Positions 25,537 through 38,693 of a stretch of DNA of 64,000 nt are shown one piece after another; position 1 is the first letter of the stretch, and each line of letters starts with the position of its first letter. This DNA is from Plasmodiophora brassicae (lineage: Eukaryota), in assembly GCA_036867785.1 (NCBI GenBank), contig CP145409.1:1116001-1180000 (forward strand), given 5' to 3'. The notes under the pieces are model-generated. The model saw only the letters and a list, made by a program, of their open reading frames with translations, was not told the DNA's origin and did not search any database. The position numbers were made by a program, and so were the translations under genes.

Positions 25537-25667
25537 CCTGCCCCCGAGGGTCAACGTTGTTAACGTTGACCCGAAGCCCGGGCGCAACCGTCCAAAGGTG
25601 GCCGTCCGCGTGCGCGCGCCGCGCTTCTAGAGCGACAGGAACCTGCTTCGGCCCTCGCGGGCACCAC

Positions 25668-26258
25668 ATGCCGCCGGTCGGGCACCGGATCCAGCTGTGC
25701 TCGATAGACGACGCGGGTCAGGTGTCGGAGCTCGCGTCCGAGACGTTCCGGGAGACGTGGGCGAACCACCCGATCTACACGCCCCGCGACGTCGACCTGT
25801 TCGCGTCGCAGCTCGACGTTGAGTACTACAAGGGCGTTCTGGGGAACGGCGCCCACGAGGTGTACGTCCTGGAGGTTCTGGATGGCAAGGCTCCTGGCGA
25901 AACCGATGCGAGATACGCGCCGGCCGGGTACGCTCAGCTGCTGTTCGACGTTCGGGAACAGGGTGTGAGCGGCCCGGGTCCCTGCGTCGAGATCCAGAAG
26001 TTCTACTTCCATTCCCGGTACCATCGGACAGGGCTGGCGGGCGAGCTCATGCAGCACGTCATGTGGAGGGCGCGCCAGGTCGCCAACACCGCCTGGCTTG
26101 GCGTTCACGCGCAGAACGAGAAAGCCAAGCGGTTCTACCGGAAATTCGGGTTCGAATGGACGGGCCAGACGAAGCTGTTTGGCGTTACGCTTGCCGGTAT
26201 TCCAGACATTGACCAGGTGTGGGAATGCTCCTTGCCCAGAGAGGAATCATCAGTGTAA
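25668..26258 (+). CDS. GNAT N-acetyltransferase, PaiA/spermidine-acetyltransferase-like, intronless
   Basis: ELASETFRETW; AGYAQL; VEIQKFYF..RYHRTGLAGELM (motif A); AWLGVHAQNEKAKRFYRKFGF. Confidence 0.85.
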   Translation: MPPVGHRIQLCSIDDAGQVSELASETFRETWANHPIYTPRDVDLFASQLDVEYYKGVLGNGAHEVYVLEVLDGKAPGETDARYAPAGYAQLLFDVREQGVSGPGPCVEIQKFYFHSRYHRTGLAGELMQHVMWRARQVANTAWLGVHAQNEKAKRFYRKFGFEWTGQTKLFGVTLAGIPDIDQVWECSLPREESSV

Positions 26259-26327
26259 CGCGGCGAGCGTGTTCTGCGAAACCCTGTGCTGATGACGTCT
26301 ACCGGAGCAGGCGCACACGGTTGGCGA

Positions 26328-26900
26328 TTAGTTAGGCAACGGTTGAATGTACTGAAAATGAAGCCATGAACAGGGCTGAGAGTCTGGGACGTACTGTGCA
26401 GCGGGCACCTCCGTGCTGGTTTCAAACTTGACGACCAGGCCGGATTCTGGGTCACGAATCATACACTGCGAATCACCAAAGTAGCCCTGGGCACATCCTT
26501 GCATGTGCCCTAGGGAGGTCCCAACGCGGCTTTGGCTGCCGAAGAACCCATGGCTGATAGTGTAGCCGGCCCAGAGCGCGATCGTCGTGGCGACGATAGT
26601 CCCATCGACAACAGCGCCATGGCATTCGCTGGAGCCCTCGTCCCGGAGGAGACTGATGATAGACTTGCAAGGGACCTCAGAGGGACTGGCAATGTTCGCT
26701 GTGAACTGCCAGTGACCATCCACGAAGACGGGACGCCAACTCATGATCAGTGGACCATCAAGATGCCGGACCAACATCGCCGCTCCTCCTGTACAGGGCG
26801 TCGCCTCCATAACGCGTTTGAGCAGAGCGGCCGATCGTGGTCGACGTCATGTCGCGATCCCCAGGACGAACACGATTGATGCCCGGCACCAGGTACTGCT
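26328..26900 (-). pseudogene. Degenerate Vint-type Hint domain fragment (no VWA domain; frameshifted)
   Basis: LIMSWRPVFVDGHWQFTANIA...HGAVVDGTIVAT...SHGFFGSQSRV...RDPESGLV follows the Vint pattern. The upstream segment INRVRPGDR lies in another frame. Confidence 0.7.
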
Positions 26901-27033
26901 TGTATTACACCCATACTGTCGAAACGGACAGGCGAAAGTACGAACTGTGACGGCGACAGCGCAGACGGCAGCGCCCGGCAGCCTGACTCGTGGGGAAGTG
27001 TGGCCTCCCGCCGCCCTTAAAAATGTCGTTGCG

Positions 27034-28853
<1,820 letters not shown>

Positions 28854-29622
28854 TCACGCACCTTCAACGCCCAAGAATACATACAAATGGCCGTATTCCC
28901 CCACACGTTTGTCATGCATGGTTTCTGTCTTGAGCATCACCTACGTCCCTTGATGGCAGTAACGCCAACGGCGGCTTGTCTTGGCCGGTTGTCCGCGAGT
29001 CCGTGACAGCCTCATGACTGTTGGCTGTGAGCGGCGACTGTGTAGAGAAGATACTCTGGTGCGTTTGCACGCTTCCTGGCGCGCGCACGGTCGCAGGGTG
29101 ACGGCGCTGTCGTCACAGGCCAGAAGATATCTTCCTACCTAGGTTCAAGGCAGAGCACACCCGTGTCGGTGCCGCTGTCACCTATTGCGGCCGAGGTGGT
29201 CATGGAAGGAATCGCGGGACAGTTAGCTCCTATTGATACGAAGGTGGCACCCGGCACCGCCGGAGAAGGCGATGACGTCCATGGTACGGTCCCGGATCGT
29301 TGTTCATGGGCCAGGGAATAACGCAGCGGGCAGAGGGCGGGTCCGCCGGAGCCGAGTCGTCGTTGACGACGCCAAAGTCTACAGCGAAGGAATGCCCATC
29401 TCCACCGCCGACGTGTAATTCCGCTATTCCAGGAGCCCCGCATCTGAATCGGCGCCGGTCCCGCCGTTCGATCGAGTCGACGCAGAAGCGGCTCAGCATC
29501 GATGACCTTGATCTGTCGTCCGAGTAACCGCAACTAGCATTTGGCATCAATCCCCATGATAGGAGATGCCTTAATGATAAACACCATAGTGACTATAAGT
29601 GATTCTCGGTTGATATTGACAA

Positions 29623-30421
29623 TCAGCTGGAGACCGCAGCGACCTTGGCCTTCTCCTTCTGGGCGACGTTGTAGTTGTGCAGCCGGGCGATGTTGACCTC
29701 GGAGATGGTGATCTGGTCTTTCAGGAACGCTAGGTCTATGTCCAGCGAAGCATACGTCGCCGATGCCGACTCGAGATTCTTCTGCAACAGCGACATCGCC
29801 TCCTCGTACGAATACTCCATCATGATGTTCGCTCCGATCCACAGCATTACCTGTCAGCTTCAGCAGTCAGAACAGTAGCGCTGGCCTGAATGATACTCCA
29901 AGCATCGACCTTGCCGTCACCAGGATTAACCGTCGCCCGTCCGAACACATTGTCGGCCAGCTTGTACCGCATCTCGACAGGGACTATCTCCCCGTTTTCC
30001 TCGCCTTCCTTGTGCTTCTCAATGAGCATCTCCAGGACATCTGCAAGATATCAGTTATAGAAGCGTCGTGACGCGAGATCGCTCACCAATCGCACGGCGG
30101 ATATCAGGCATCTTGCCTAATAACGATCGCTTCTGCTGGACCAGTCGTCCTTCCATGAACTATATTGGAAGCACGTCAGAGCAGGCCAGCACATACCATG
30201 GCCAGGCAGGTTCACCCCAACCTTGTACTTGCCGTAGACTTCGGAGATGGCCTTCATGATGGCCTGAATATCCTTGCCCTGGACATGGCCGGCTATGTCC
30301 TCCTGCACCGACCCATATCAGATCATTGCACCGTTCCAGCACGACCGCCTGCACCGACGATGAAGGTCGCGCGAGGGATGTTCCTGCTGTTGTCATCGGC
30401 GGAACCCGACGCCTCCTCCAT
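29623..30421 (-). CDS. PFDN3: Prefoldin subunit 3
   Basis: RNIPRATFI; YGKYK; KMPDIRR; YKLADNVF; LWIGANIMMEYSYEEA; LAFLKDQITISEVNIARLHNYNV. Confidence 0.95.
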
Positions 30422-30859
30422 TCGGCTGCCCATTCGCAGTCCGCCAACTGCGCGAGCCTCGCCCCTGGGCAATGTCGGATGAACCTGCCTGGCTATTATC
30501 GTATGTGCTGGCCTGGTCTGACACGCTCCACATAAACCCCTACACCGCGCACCCGACAAGATCACCCGCGAATGCACTACTCATGCGCCAGTGGCATCGT
30601 TTGTGCATGCGCTAGCGTTAAGAGAGCGCTGACGATGGGGTACGATACATATCTTCATTGACCGTATGACTGTGCGTATTTGCCAATGGGCGCGTTCCGC
30701 AGGACGGCGATAGTGGCGAACTGCAGGAGGGATGATTCCAGCGCGTCATGTACGGGACAAGCGACGGGTTGCCGTTCGGGATCCAGGGTCGGCATCGCGT
30801 TCGTGTGTGGCTGATCTGAAGTCCGTGGTCCAATACCGTGTTCGCGTGACGTCTGGGCA

Positions 30860-32154
30860 ATGGACTTGGTAGGAGGCGCTGTACGACGGGCATGGCGGGA
30901 ATGCTGACGCATACGGCGGGCTGTGGTTATAGTTTCAGTCGTTGGCGGACGGCCTCAGTGGTTTCTTCAACGGCGGGCAGCATGCTCCGCGACGCCTATC
31001 CGTGTTCAAGGAGACGTACAGAGCGCTGCCGATGGCGTTCGCCAACAAAGACCATCTTGAGATGGGCAACAAAGGTACAAGTTTGTGCACTATGTGCCGT
31101 TTGGCACACATCTGAATCTGCTGCCAGTGATTCTTCCACCGTCTGCATTAGCTCGGCTAAGTGAGTATCGATCGTATACTGTGTCGAGACATTGCCGCTG
31201 ATTCAGCGTTCAGCACGCTCTAATGTCGAGTACCCAATGATGTTCTCGCTGGTCAACGAATCCAACTCGTTGAACACGCATGTCGGTGTCATCGAGTTTT
31301 CCGCACCGGAAGGCATCGCGTATATACCGTTGACGGCTATGAACTCGCTGGGCCTCACGACCGACCAGAGAGCCACATTTACAAGCACAGTTTTGCCGAA
31401 AGGAACCTACGTGAAGATTCAGCCGCATGCGACGAAGTTCATCGAACTGAGCAACCCCAGAGCCGTCCTGGAAAAGTCAGATCAACGTTAGCCGTACTTA
31501 ATCCGTTTGCCATCTAACCGTAGTCGGCTAGATCGCTACGTTCCTATTCGTGTCTAACGAAAGGCGAGACGATCCTGATATCGTATGCGGATACCGAGTT
31601 CCTGATCGACATCGTTGATGTAAAACCCGAAAACGCCAGTAATGCGATCTCGTTGATCGATACAGACGTCCAAGTCGAGTTCGACCCGCCGAAAGATTAT
31701 GTCGAACCTGTGTTTGTCCCGAGAGTCCAGGACCCTTCTCCTCCGACCCCCACCCCTGTTGTCTATTCCAACGCAGCTGCGTCGGCTGAACAATCCGCTA
31801 ATCGCGCTTCTTCGTCCTCGATAACGGCCCCGTCCACAACTCCCTTGTCAGCACGACCCGGTGGGTACAGACTGAAAGATCCGGCCCCGGCGGGCTCGCC
31901 TGATGTTGCATCGGCATCATCGCCTGCACCCCCCGCGACATCCGGCACAGGTCCAAGGAAGAGTGTCGTGGAACAGGTCTGGTCGCGGTCTGGTTTGGGG
32001 CATCGTGCGGGCGCGACACTTACCGGTTCATTAGGGTCAGTGGCGTTACTTCTACGAAACCGATCCCGTCACGCACCGCCGACGACTCATCAAACGAGAA
32101 CCGCTGACGCCGTCGCGCCCGTCGATCATGTCCCCTGGCCGCAGCCTGCAATGA
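30860..32154 (+). CDS. UFD1: Ubiquitin fusion degradation protein UFD1-like
   Basis: LEMGNKVILPPSALARL; VEYPMMF; THVGVIEFSAPEG; LPKGTYVKIQP; NPRAVLE; LIDTDVQVEFDPPKDY. Confidence 0.93.
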
Positions 32155-32424
32155 TGGCTCCAGCGCTCACGTTGCCCATACAACCGTACAGTATTTCTAT
32201 GATCCATGTCTCCTGTGCCTTGCGTATGTGTGCCGGGCACGTTCGTACAATGTGTCCGATCCTTCGACGTGCTGCGCAGTACGATATTCGGTTTCGCAGC
32301 CGTCGGCATCGTCGCATCAACCAACCGAGGGGCGTTGTCACAGCATATCGATTGGGCATTCTCATACCCACGTCGACCGCGAACACCGCCACCGCGACTG
32401 GTCGGCCGCAGGATTACCTCCAAG

Positions 32425-32610
32425 TTGTCGTTTGGATCGTGGAACCTTGCACAGCACGATTTGGCGTTGTCGCCAAACAGAACCTTGCACAGCGGCATCC
32501 GGCAGGCGCTGCACCAAACAGTTGTGTTGCTCTGCATGAGATTGCCGTCCTGGGTCTGGCTCTTGCAGAGAAGGCACGCGCCAACTCGCGTCCGCGACTC
32601 CGACACATGC
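32425..32610 (-). mobile_element. piggyBac-type transposase C-terminal cysteine-rich domain relic
   Basis: RTRVGACLLCK...TTVWCSACRMPLCK......SCCARFH gives C-x2-C...T..C-x2-C.xPLC...C...FH. No DDD core nearby. Confidence 0.55.
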
Positions 32611-32782
32611 AGGCTGGACTCAGACGCACCTGCCGACCCTCTCCCTCCTGGAAGAACTTGCGCCGGTTCCTTCTGGGAAGCGTGTCTGGAGGCATTGCAC
32701 GCTGGACGGCGGTGGGGCTGGATTGCCGAAGCGATCTGCTTCGTGTCGCGCAGTGCGTGCGCCTGCAGCAGCAGAACGGCAC

Positions 32783-33302
32783 ATGGCGGCGATCGTGGAC
32801 GGCGGGCGACGCGATCTGGAGGTCCGATCCACAGATGCCGTGTATGAATCGGCGTCGGGGCAGGTGCCTGTTCAGTTCCAGATTGTGACGATGCGCCGCA
32901 CCGTCTACGCATACGTCGGGCTGAAACCAGGGGACCTGAAGGATTTGTCGATGGCGACGAGGACGCCCTACGTAGGATATTCCCGACGCAATCCCATACC
33001 TAAAGCCTGCTGACAAGTGGCATAGTCGGATGTGCCTGCACATACACAGCTCGTATCAAACGGCGACGACAACCTGGAACGATCGTCGTTATGCCGTCGT
33101 CTCGGTTCGTTGAATTTGCCAAACGCACGACCGGTTTGCCGCGGCTCTTCTGACTCTGAATGCTGTAGCCATAAAGACGGGACGTCGCGTCATGCTGAGT
33201 TACAATCTGCCGAGCACCGATACGTTCATAGCGGCCTGGGTCGAACGTCAGTTGGTACAATGCCTGGTCAACAACAACGAAGGCGAACGACCCGAGACCT
33301 AA
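32783..33302 (+). CDS. PSMG4: Proteasome assembly chaperone 4
   Basis: VQFQIVTMRRTVYAYVG...LKDLSMA; SSLCRRLAIKTGRRVMLSYNLP...VERQL. Confidence 0.85.
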
Positions 33303-33388
33303 TGTCCCCGCTGCGTATATAACAATACCTGCCCCGGCTCAACGACTACAGGCGACGGAATGGTTAGGCAACGACGTTCTCTTGACGT

Positions 33389-34036
33389 TTATAATTCGGC
33401 GACGATAGGCTTAGAGGAGCCATCGACCATCATCCATCCGAGAAGCGCCACATCGGCAAATGTGTCGTGCACGATGAACGAACCGGTTCGTTCATCGCGC
33501 GATGTTCGCAGGCGGCGAGAATATGCTCTGCCGGGTGGCCAGATGGTGTCCTCGACATTCTGTTCGACAATGTCGAGGTACCCGTCATGCACGTCAACAA
33601 CAACGGCGACGTGGCCGGTCTTGGCATAGTAACCGCCCGCCGCCCATACTAGCAACGTTCCCCTCTCCGGGACAGTCGTTGACCCATTCGCATACGCGAC
33701 CAGCGGCTCTCGATACTGGTCGCCAACGCGAACCACATCCTTCAAGTCGTAGATGTCGTAGGCCATCGGGATCGAGTCGAAGACGACGCCGTGGTTCAGG
33801 AGAAGATACCGTCTAGCGAGCTCGACGCACTGCCACTTGATGCCTGTGAAGACGCCATTAACGTAGTTCTGCATCCACGTCGAATTCGCTGTGGCGGAAT
33901 CGCAACTGTAGACTTGCACGCCGCCCCAAGTCTCCCCGAGAATCGTCCCGAATGGCGCCGCCGAACTTGACAAGGATCGTTGCCCCTGCAGGACGACGGT
34001 CGCAACTGCCACCCGAAGCACGGCCACAGCGAACAT
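33389..34036 (-). CDS. Stand-alone CHAP amidase resembling the glutathionylspermidine/trypanothione amidase domain, intronless
   Basis: APFGTILG..GGVQVYSCD; GIKWQCVELARRYL (catalytic Cys); TGHVAVV (His); VEQNV; LLGWM. Hydrophobic N-terminus. Confidence 0.88.
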   Translation of the reverse strand: MFAVAVLRVAVATVVLQGQRSLSSSAAPFGTILGETWGGVQVYSCDSATANSTWMQNYVNGVFTGIKWQCVELARRYLLLNHGVVFDSIPMAYDIYDLKDVVRVGDQYREPLVAYANGSTTVPERGTLLVWAAGGYYAKTGHVAVVVDVHDGYLDIVEQNVEDTIWPPGRAYSRRLRTSRDERTGSFIVHDTFADVALLGWMMVDGSSKPIVAEL

Positions 34037-34475
34037 CTGCCGCGCTTTACCCCGCCTGACTAAACGACCGATCACACTTCGTAGGTACACAAAATGGGCC
34101 CGCGATCCAGATCACTGGTTACGGAGCTCTCCGACTCCCATGTTAGGTACTCGGCTGCGCGTCATTCGTCCTTGCCAGGCGGACAACTGACCACCATAAG
34201 AGAATCGCAAGAGCACTGTATTGAGGACACTGGACGGCGACCGGGCGCACTCGCATTCAAACAACCGACATTGATAAACGTACCTCAACTAAGAAACAAC
34301 ACAGTTGACATAAAATAGTAGAAAGCCAACGAGCAAATGAACAGTAGACCGGCGACACCGCACATTGCAGGCTTCAAGAGCGCCAACTGCCCTCACAACG
34401 CACTACAAACGGGGCCATTCTGTGGTGATTGTTGGCATTTATTCTGCACCATATGCAACGACGCATATTGCCTGC

Positions 34476-35390
34476 TTACTGCGACTGCAGAGCAGCCATC
34501 TCCTTCGATTTCTCGCCTAGACACAACGTTAGGTCTTCGTGAGACACACGCGACGACAGAGAAAACGTACGTTCCAGCTTGTTGACCTTGGCGGTTGCCT
34601 TTGTGCCAAGCTTGTGACGGCCCCACTTGCGGAACGAGTCCGTGTTGTTGTTGAACTTCTCAAGGAACGCCTTGTTGAGCTGATCGAACGTAGCCTGGTC
34701 CTCCTTGCGGACATCGGTGATAGCGAGAACAGCAGCAGTCTTCTGATGGACAATCATGCCAAGACGTGCCTTGCCCTTGACAATGCAGTAGGGGACGTTC
34801 TTCGCGCGGCAAAGAGCAGGAAGCCACAGAACCAGCTCGAGCGGGTCAACGTCGTGCGCGATGACAACCATCTTCGCCTTGCCCTTCTCGATGAGGCTCG
34901 TGACATGGTTAAGGCCGAATTTGACGAACTTCGGCTTCTTGGCTTCCGTGGTCGTCGTCTCACCTGCAGCAAGCTGTCGACCATGTTAGCGCTCCGTTTA
35001 TAGGCTCAAACACAATTGCAATACCTTCTCAGCAACAGCGCGCAGTCGGAGCTTCTTCTCCGGGCGAGTTTCCGGGCGGTACTTGGACAGCAGCTTGAAC
35101 AGGGTCGTCGACTGCGCCTTCTCCAGCGTGTTGGTGAAGTGGTTCACCGACGGAGGCGCCTTGAGACGCTGCTTGAGGATGGCGCGCTGGCGCTGAATGC
35201 GGATGTACCGCGGCCACTTCACATAACGTCCCAGATCACGTCCGGGAACGTTTTCGCGACCAATGCCATAGTTGCGCGGCCGAGCCTGGAACAAGTGGGC
35301 GTGTTCCTCGTGGAACTTGGACTTCGCCGACGTCTTCTTCACAGGCGCCTTGGCACCGCCGGCCTTCTTGGCACCCGTTGCTTTCGACAT
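34476..35390 (-). CDS. RPL7A: 60S ribosomal protein L7a (eL8)
   Basis: [59 protein letters not shown]. Confidence 0.97.
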
Positions 35391-36050
35391 GATCGCTCTG
35401 GCTGCAACACCGGACCACCACGGACACCGCACGGACTTCCATATACGGTCGGGCGCCCTAAAACTTCCGAACTGCTGCGGCCAGTTCTGGTTGACTGAGG
35501 AATGCTGCTCTTCATTGCCAATTATCTGCCATTCAGCCATTCGTACCCGAAATCGTGCCTAATATTTACAGAAATTCTCAAAAATTTGAATAAAGCTACA
35601 GAAATGGTTCACTAGGTAGGTACAACAAAATGGAATGTGGGTCACCTTGTGATTTGGTTTATTCCACTGCGCAGTACGTCATTGGGCAACAAGCTGTCGC
35701 CTGTTCATCCACTGCCCTGCTCACTCGGACCCCTCAAGTCCAACGTCGTAGTTACCACGGGACAGGAGTGTCAGCGACCTGCGGCGCCCAAGAGACGCCC
35801 ATTGGGTTTCGTGTTGCTTAGTGGACTTCATGTACAGGCAGAACGGGACTGTACCGTGGCATGCTCGGTTTGTGGCCGGGCGTGTTTGTGGTCCGCTAGG
35901 CGCTACGGTCGCCGGTCCTACGATATAGCCAACAGAGGAGCAGAGAGCCGTGCCGGCGGAGGCCGCGCCGCGCCGCAACCGCCCGCGCACCGCAGTCTGC
36001 ATTTGAAGTCCAACGTTGAACGTTCCGTTTCGGTCCGCAGGCGCACTGTC

Positions 36051-37296
36051 ATGTCGTCATCAGCGCGCCCGACGCTGTACTGGCCGCGGGCGGCCTCGGA
36101 GTCGCCCGTACGAGGCGGGAGTCCTGCGGCGAACTCGACCTGGGGCGGCGCTGGACCGCCCACACCAACCTCATTTTTCATGCATGATTCGTCATACTTC
36201 TTTGGCGCTCCTGGGGCATTCTCCAGTCCAACGTCGTCGGCGAATGATTTCCTGCAACGATCGCGATCAGAAAATGCTGCCTATCGTAATGCGTCCGAGG
36301 ACGAGGATGATGACGATCACCCGCAGGCCGATATCGAGCATGCCCTTCGCATAGACTCGCTCCTGGAACCGGTTGAATCCAAATGCACAGATCCCTCTGA
36401 CCAGGTTTACATGGGGTCCACACTGCTCAAGTATGCTCGATTTCTGTTTTTAATGTTTGCGTTCTTGTCGGTCCAGTTGCATGGACTGGACGAGTCGCCG
36501 CTGTTGTTGATCTGATTCATTTACTTACTTTCGTATCGACAGACCGATCGTATCTGATAACGGCCCGCATGCTGATTCGTACGCCTCGAAACTGGTCGGC
36601 ATTGGATTACCCGCGTCCCCCGTTGCAAGGTCAGACGTGATGTACCCGACATCAGGCCCGTCGCCTTCCACAAAGGTCTGCCCGTTTTTCCTGCAGCGCA
36701 CCTGCCGCTATGCATCGCATTGTCGGTATCGACACGATTTCGGGTCCTTGTGCCCACAGTGCGGTGCTGAGGTTGCACTGGACGAGCAAAGCCAGGAGCT
36801 GCATGTCCTGCAATGTGCCGAGTCACGCATGATGGCAGAAGAAAGGCGTTTGTCTGTCCTGCTGCAGTGCGAGATCTGCTTCGACAACATTGTCCGCTCG
36901 GGACGAAAGTTCGGTCTGCTCCAAGGCTGTGACCATGCGTTCTGCCTACCATGTATTCGAAGTTGGCGTGGCAGTACCGGACAAACGAAAGAGAACCTAC
37001 GTGCATGCCCCATGTGCCGCCAGGACTCGCACTTCGTGATCCCGTCCGACCGCATGGTCACCGACCCGGCGAGAAAGGCGGCCGTCATTGAGAAGTACAC
37101 GTCGAGGCTACGGCAGATCGAGTGCAAATGGTTCGCGCGCGGCAAAGGGACCTGCCCGTTCGGATCGTCCTGCTTCTACGCGCACACGAACGAGGACGGG
37201 ACGCTGGCACAACCTGAACGGCTCCAGCACGGGGCCAACGCCGACGGTGTCATAGAAGTCATGAAGCCCATGCGGCTTAGTGATTTCTTCGCATAA
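36051..37296 (+). CDS. MKRN: Makorin-like RING/CCCH E3 ubiquitin ligase
   Basis: CCCH CPFFLQRTCRYASHCRYRH; RING CEICF...FGLLQGCDHAFCLPCIRSWR...CPMCR; FVIPS; C-terminal CCCH CKWF..GKGTCPFGSSCFYAH. Upstream exons join in frame via introns 36431-36542 and 36579-36629. Confidence 0.9.
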
Positions 37297-37399
37297 CCAA
37301 AAATACAGCCTTACTTAGGCCACTCGTGGTTCCCGGTCGGGCGATAGTCCGAGCTGCACTGCACAACGGCTGGCGTGTGTCGATTGACGGCGGCCGGCT

Positions 37400-38109
37400 A
37401 TGACGCACGTCGTCGTCGCCGTCGTCACCGGGTTCGGCCCATTTGGCGATCGGCACTCCCATGTGAATCCGTCGTGGGAGGCGGTCAAGGCGCTGCCCGA
37501 TACGATAACCGTATGCAGGGTTCGCGGCAAGTCGTGAACTGGCTCAATCCGACGCGGACGCTTAGGTCGCAGACGGCGAGTGCGTCGTCAAGGTGTACAA
37601 GTTCGAGCTGCCGGTCGAGTATGGTGCCGTCCAGAGGCTAGCTCCTGAACTGCATGCCAGGCACCGCCCCGATATCGTGTTCCACTGTGGTGTGGGCAAA
37701 AGCCACATGTACTGTACGATGGTTTCGCTTACAGGCAATTTGGACCGCTGCTCACGTTCGCCCAGGCCTTGAATCCGTCGCTCATTCGAAAGGCTACGTC
37801 CGGCCGGACAACATTGGATGCACAGGGAGCAACGACTGCGATGCCGACACGCTAACCGTGGATGTCGATCTCCTTCAAGCGCTGACGCACGATCTGAACG
37901 CGACAAATCCGCCCGACCCCGTCGTCATCTCAGACGACGCCGGCAGGTTCCTCTGCGAGTTCACCCTGTTCCAGTCGTTGAATCTGGCGCGTCGATCGCG
38001 GCGCCCATTATCCCTTTTCTTCCATGTCCCGCCGGGCCATGTCGAGGCATCCACAGAACTGATTAAGCGATCCCTGGTGTATCTAGCTCGTCACGTTGGT
38101 ACCCTGTAG
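37400..38109 (+). CDS. PGPEP1: Pyroglutamyl-peptidase I (C15)
   Basis: VTGFGPF...VNPSWEAV; LPVEY; FHCGVG; SDDAGRFLCEF; FFHVPP. Confidence 0.93.
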
Positions 38110-38153
38110 GGCGGACATGTTGCGTTTATTACAACGTCGAAGGTGCCACAGGC

Positions 38154-38588
38154 TTATGGGGCTTCAGGTGCGTTCGCAGTGGAAGGATTGGTGGGGCGAG
38201 GTGCACCAAATCCCATTAATTGGCCCACGGCGCCATCGTTGAGCCTCAGGCTGGCCGTGGTACGAGGCCGCCCTAACATTGTCAGGATGCGCGGGTTCAC
38301 CACCCCACCGCCCGCAGGTGCCAGTAACGGGGACCGGAAGTAACTGAGCTGGTCGCCTCCGGGCCCGAGCACTACCGGGCCGCCCTGAAAGTCAATGCCG
38401 ATGTCCGCCGCCACTGTGTTCGACGTGTCGACGCCCAGGTTCTGGACGGACGAGAACCCTTGGCCGAACTGAGCGGATCCTGCCGGGATCGGGATTGTCG
38501 TAACGTCGCCTGAGACCAGTACCGACAGAATGCAGCTCAGCAGCAGGCAGGATAGAGGCGTCATTGATGCTGCAGACGGAACCGTCAT
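38154..38588 (-). CDS. Small predicted secreted protein of unknown function, intronless
   Basis: Signal-peptide-like MTPLSCLLLSCILSVLVSG followed by a Gly/Pro-rich mature part. Confidence 0.65.
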   Translation of the reverse strand: MTVPSAASMTPLSCLLLSCILSVLVSGDVTTIPIPAGSAQFGQGFSSVQNLGVDTSNTVAADIGIDFQGGPVVLGPGGDQLSYFRSPLLAPAGGGVVNPRILTMLGRPRTTASLRLNDGAVGQLMGFGAPRPTNPSTANAPEAP

Positions 38589-38693
38589 ATCGGAAGTGGT
38601 CTACTCGGTCGTTACGCATGCGGGCCACCACAATTGTTTTGTGGCCAGGACCGGTACACTATCAATAGGTTACAGGGACACATGGATATATAT

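Noticed and set aside
24834-25667. 474-aa ORF suggesting a long N-terminal extension on the GNAT
   Set aside because: The upstream part is read-through across an intron and an alternative frame of the preceding gene. GNAT similarity starts at ATG 25668.
28940-29550. Hypothetical minus-strand gene (ORFs 29135-29533 and 29230-29550)
   Set aside because: No recognisable domain and no convincing splice model. It may be real but cannot be supported here.
31980-32888. 411-aa ORF extension beyond UFD1
   Set aside because: A GT-AG intron (~31977-32034) gives a natural UFD1 end at 32154. The remainder is low-information GC-rich open frame.
35575-35675. Possible U4 snRNA on the minus strand (TGCGCAGTGG upstream of an AATTTTTGA Sm-like site)
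   Set aside because: The K-turn and U6-pairing stem I sequences are missing and the spacing is too short. More likely AT-rich RPL7A promoter sequence.
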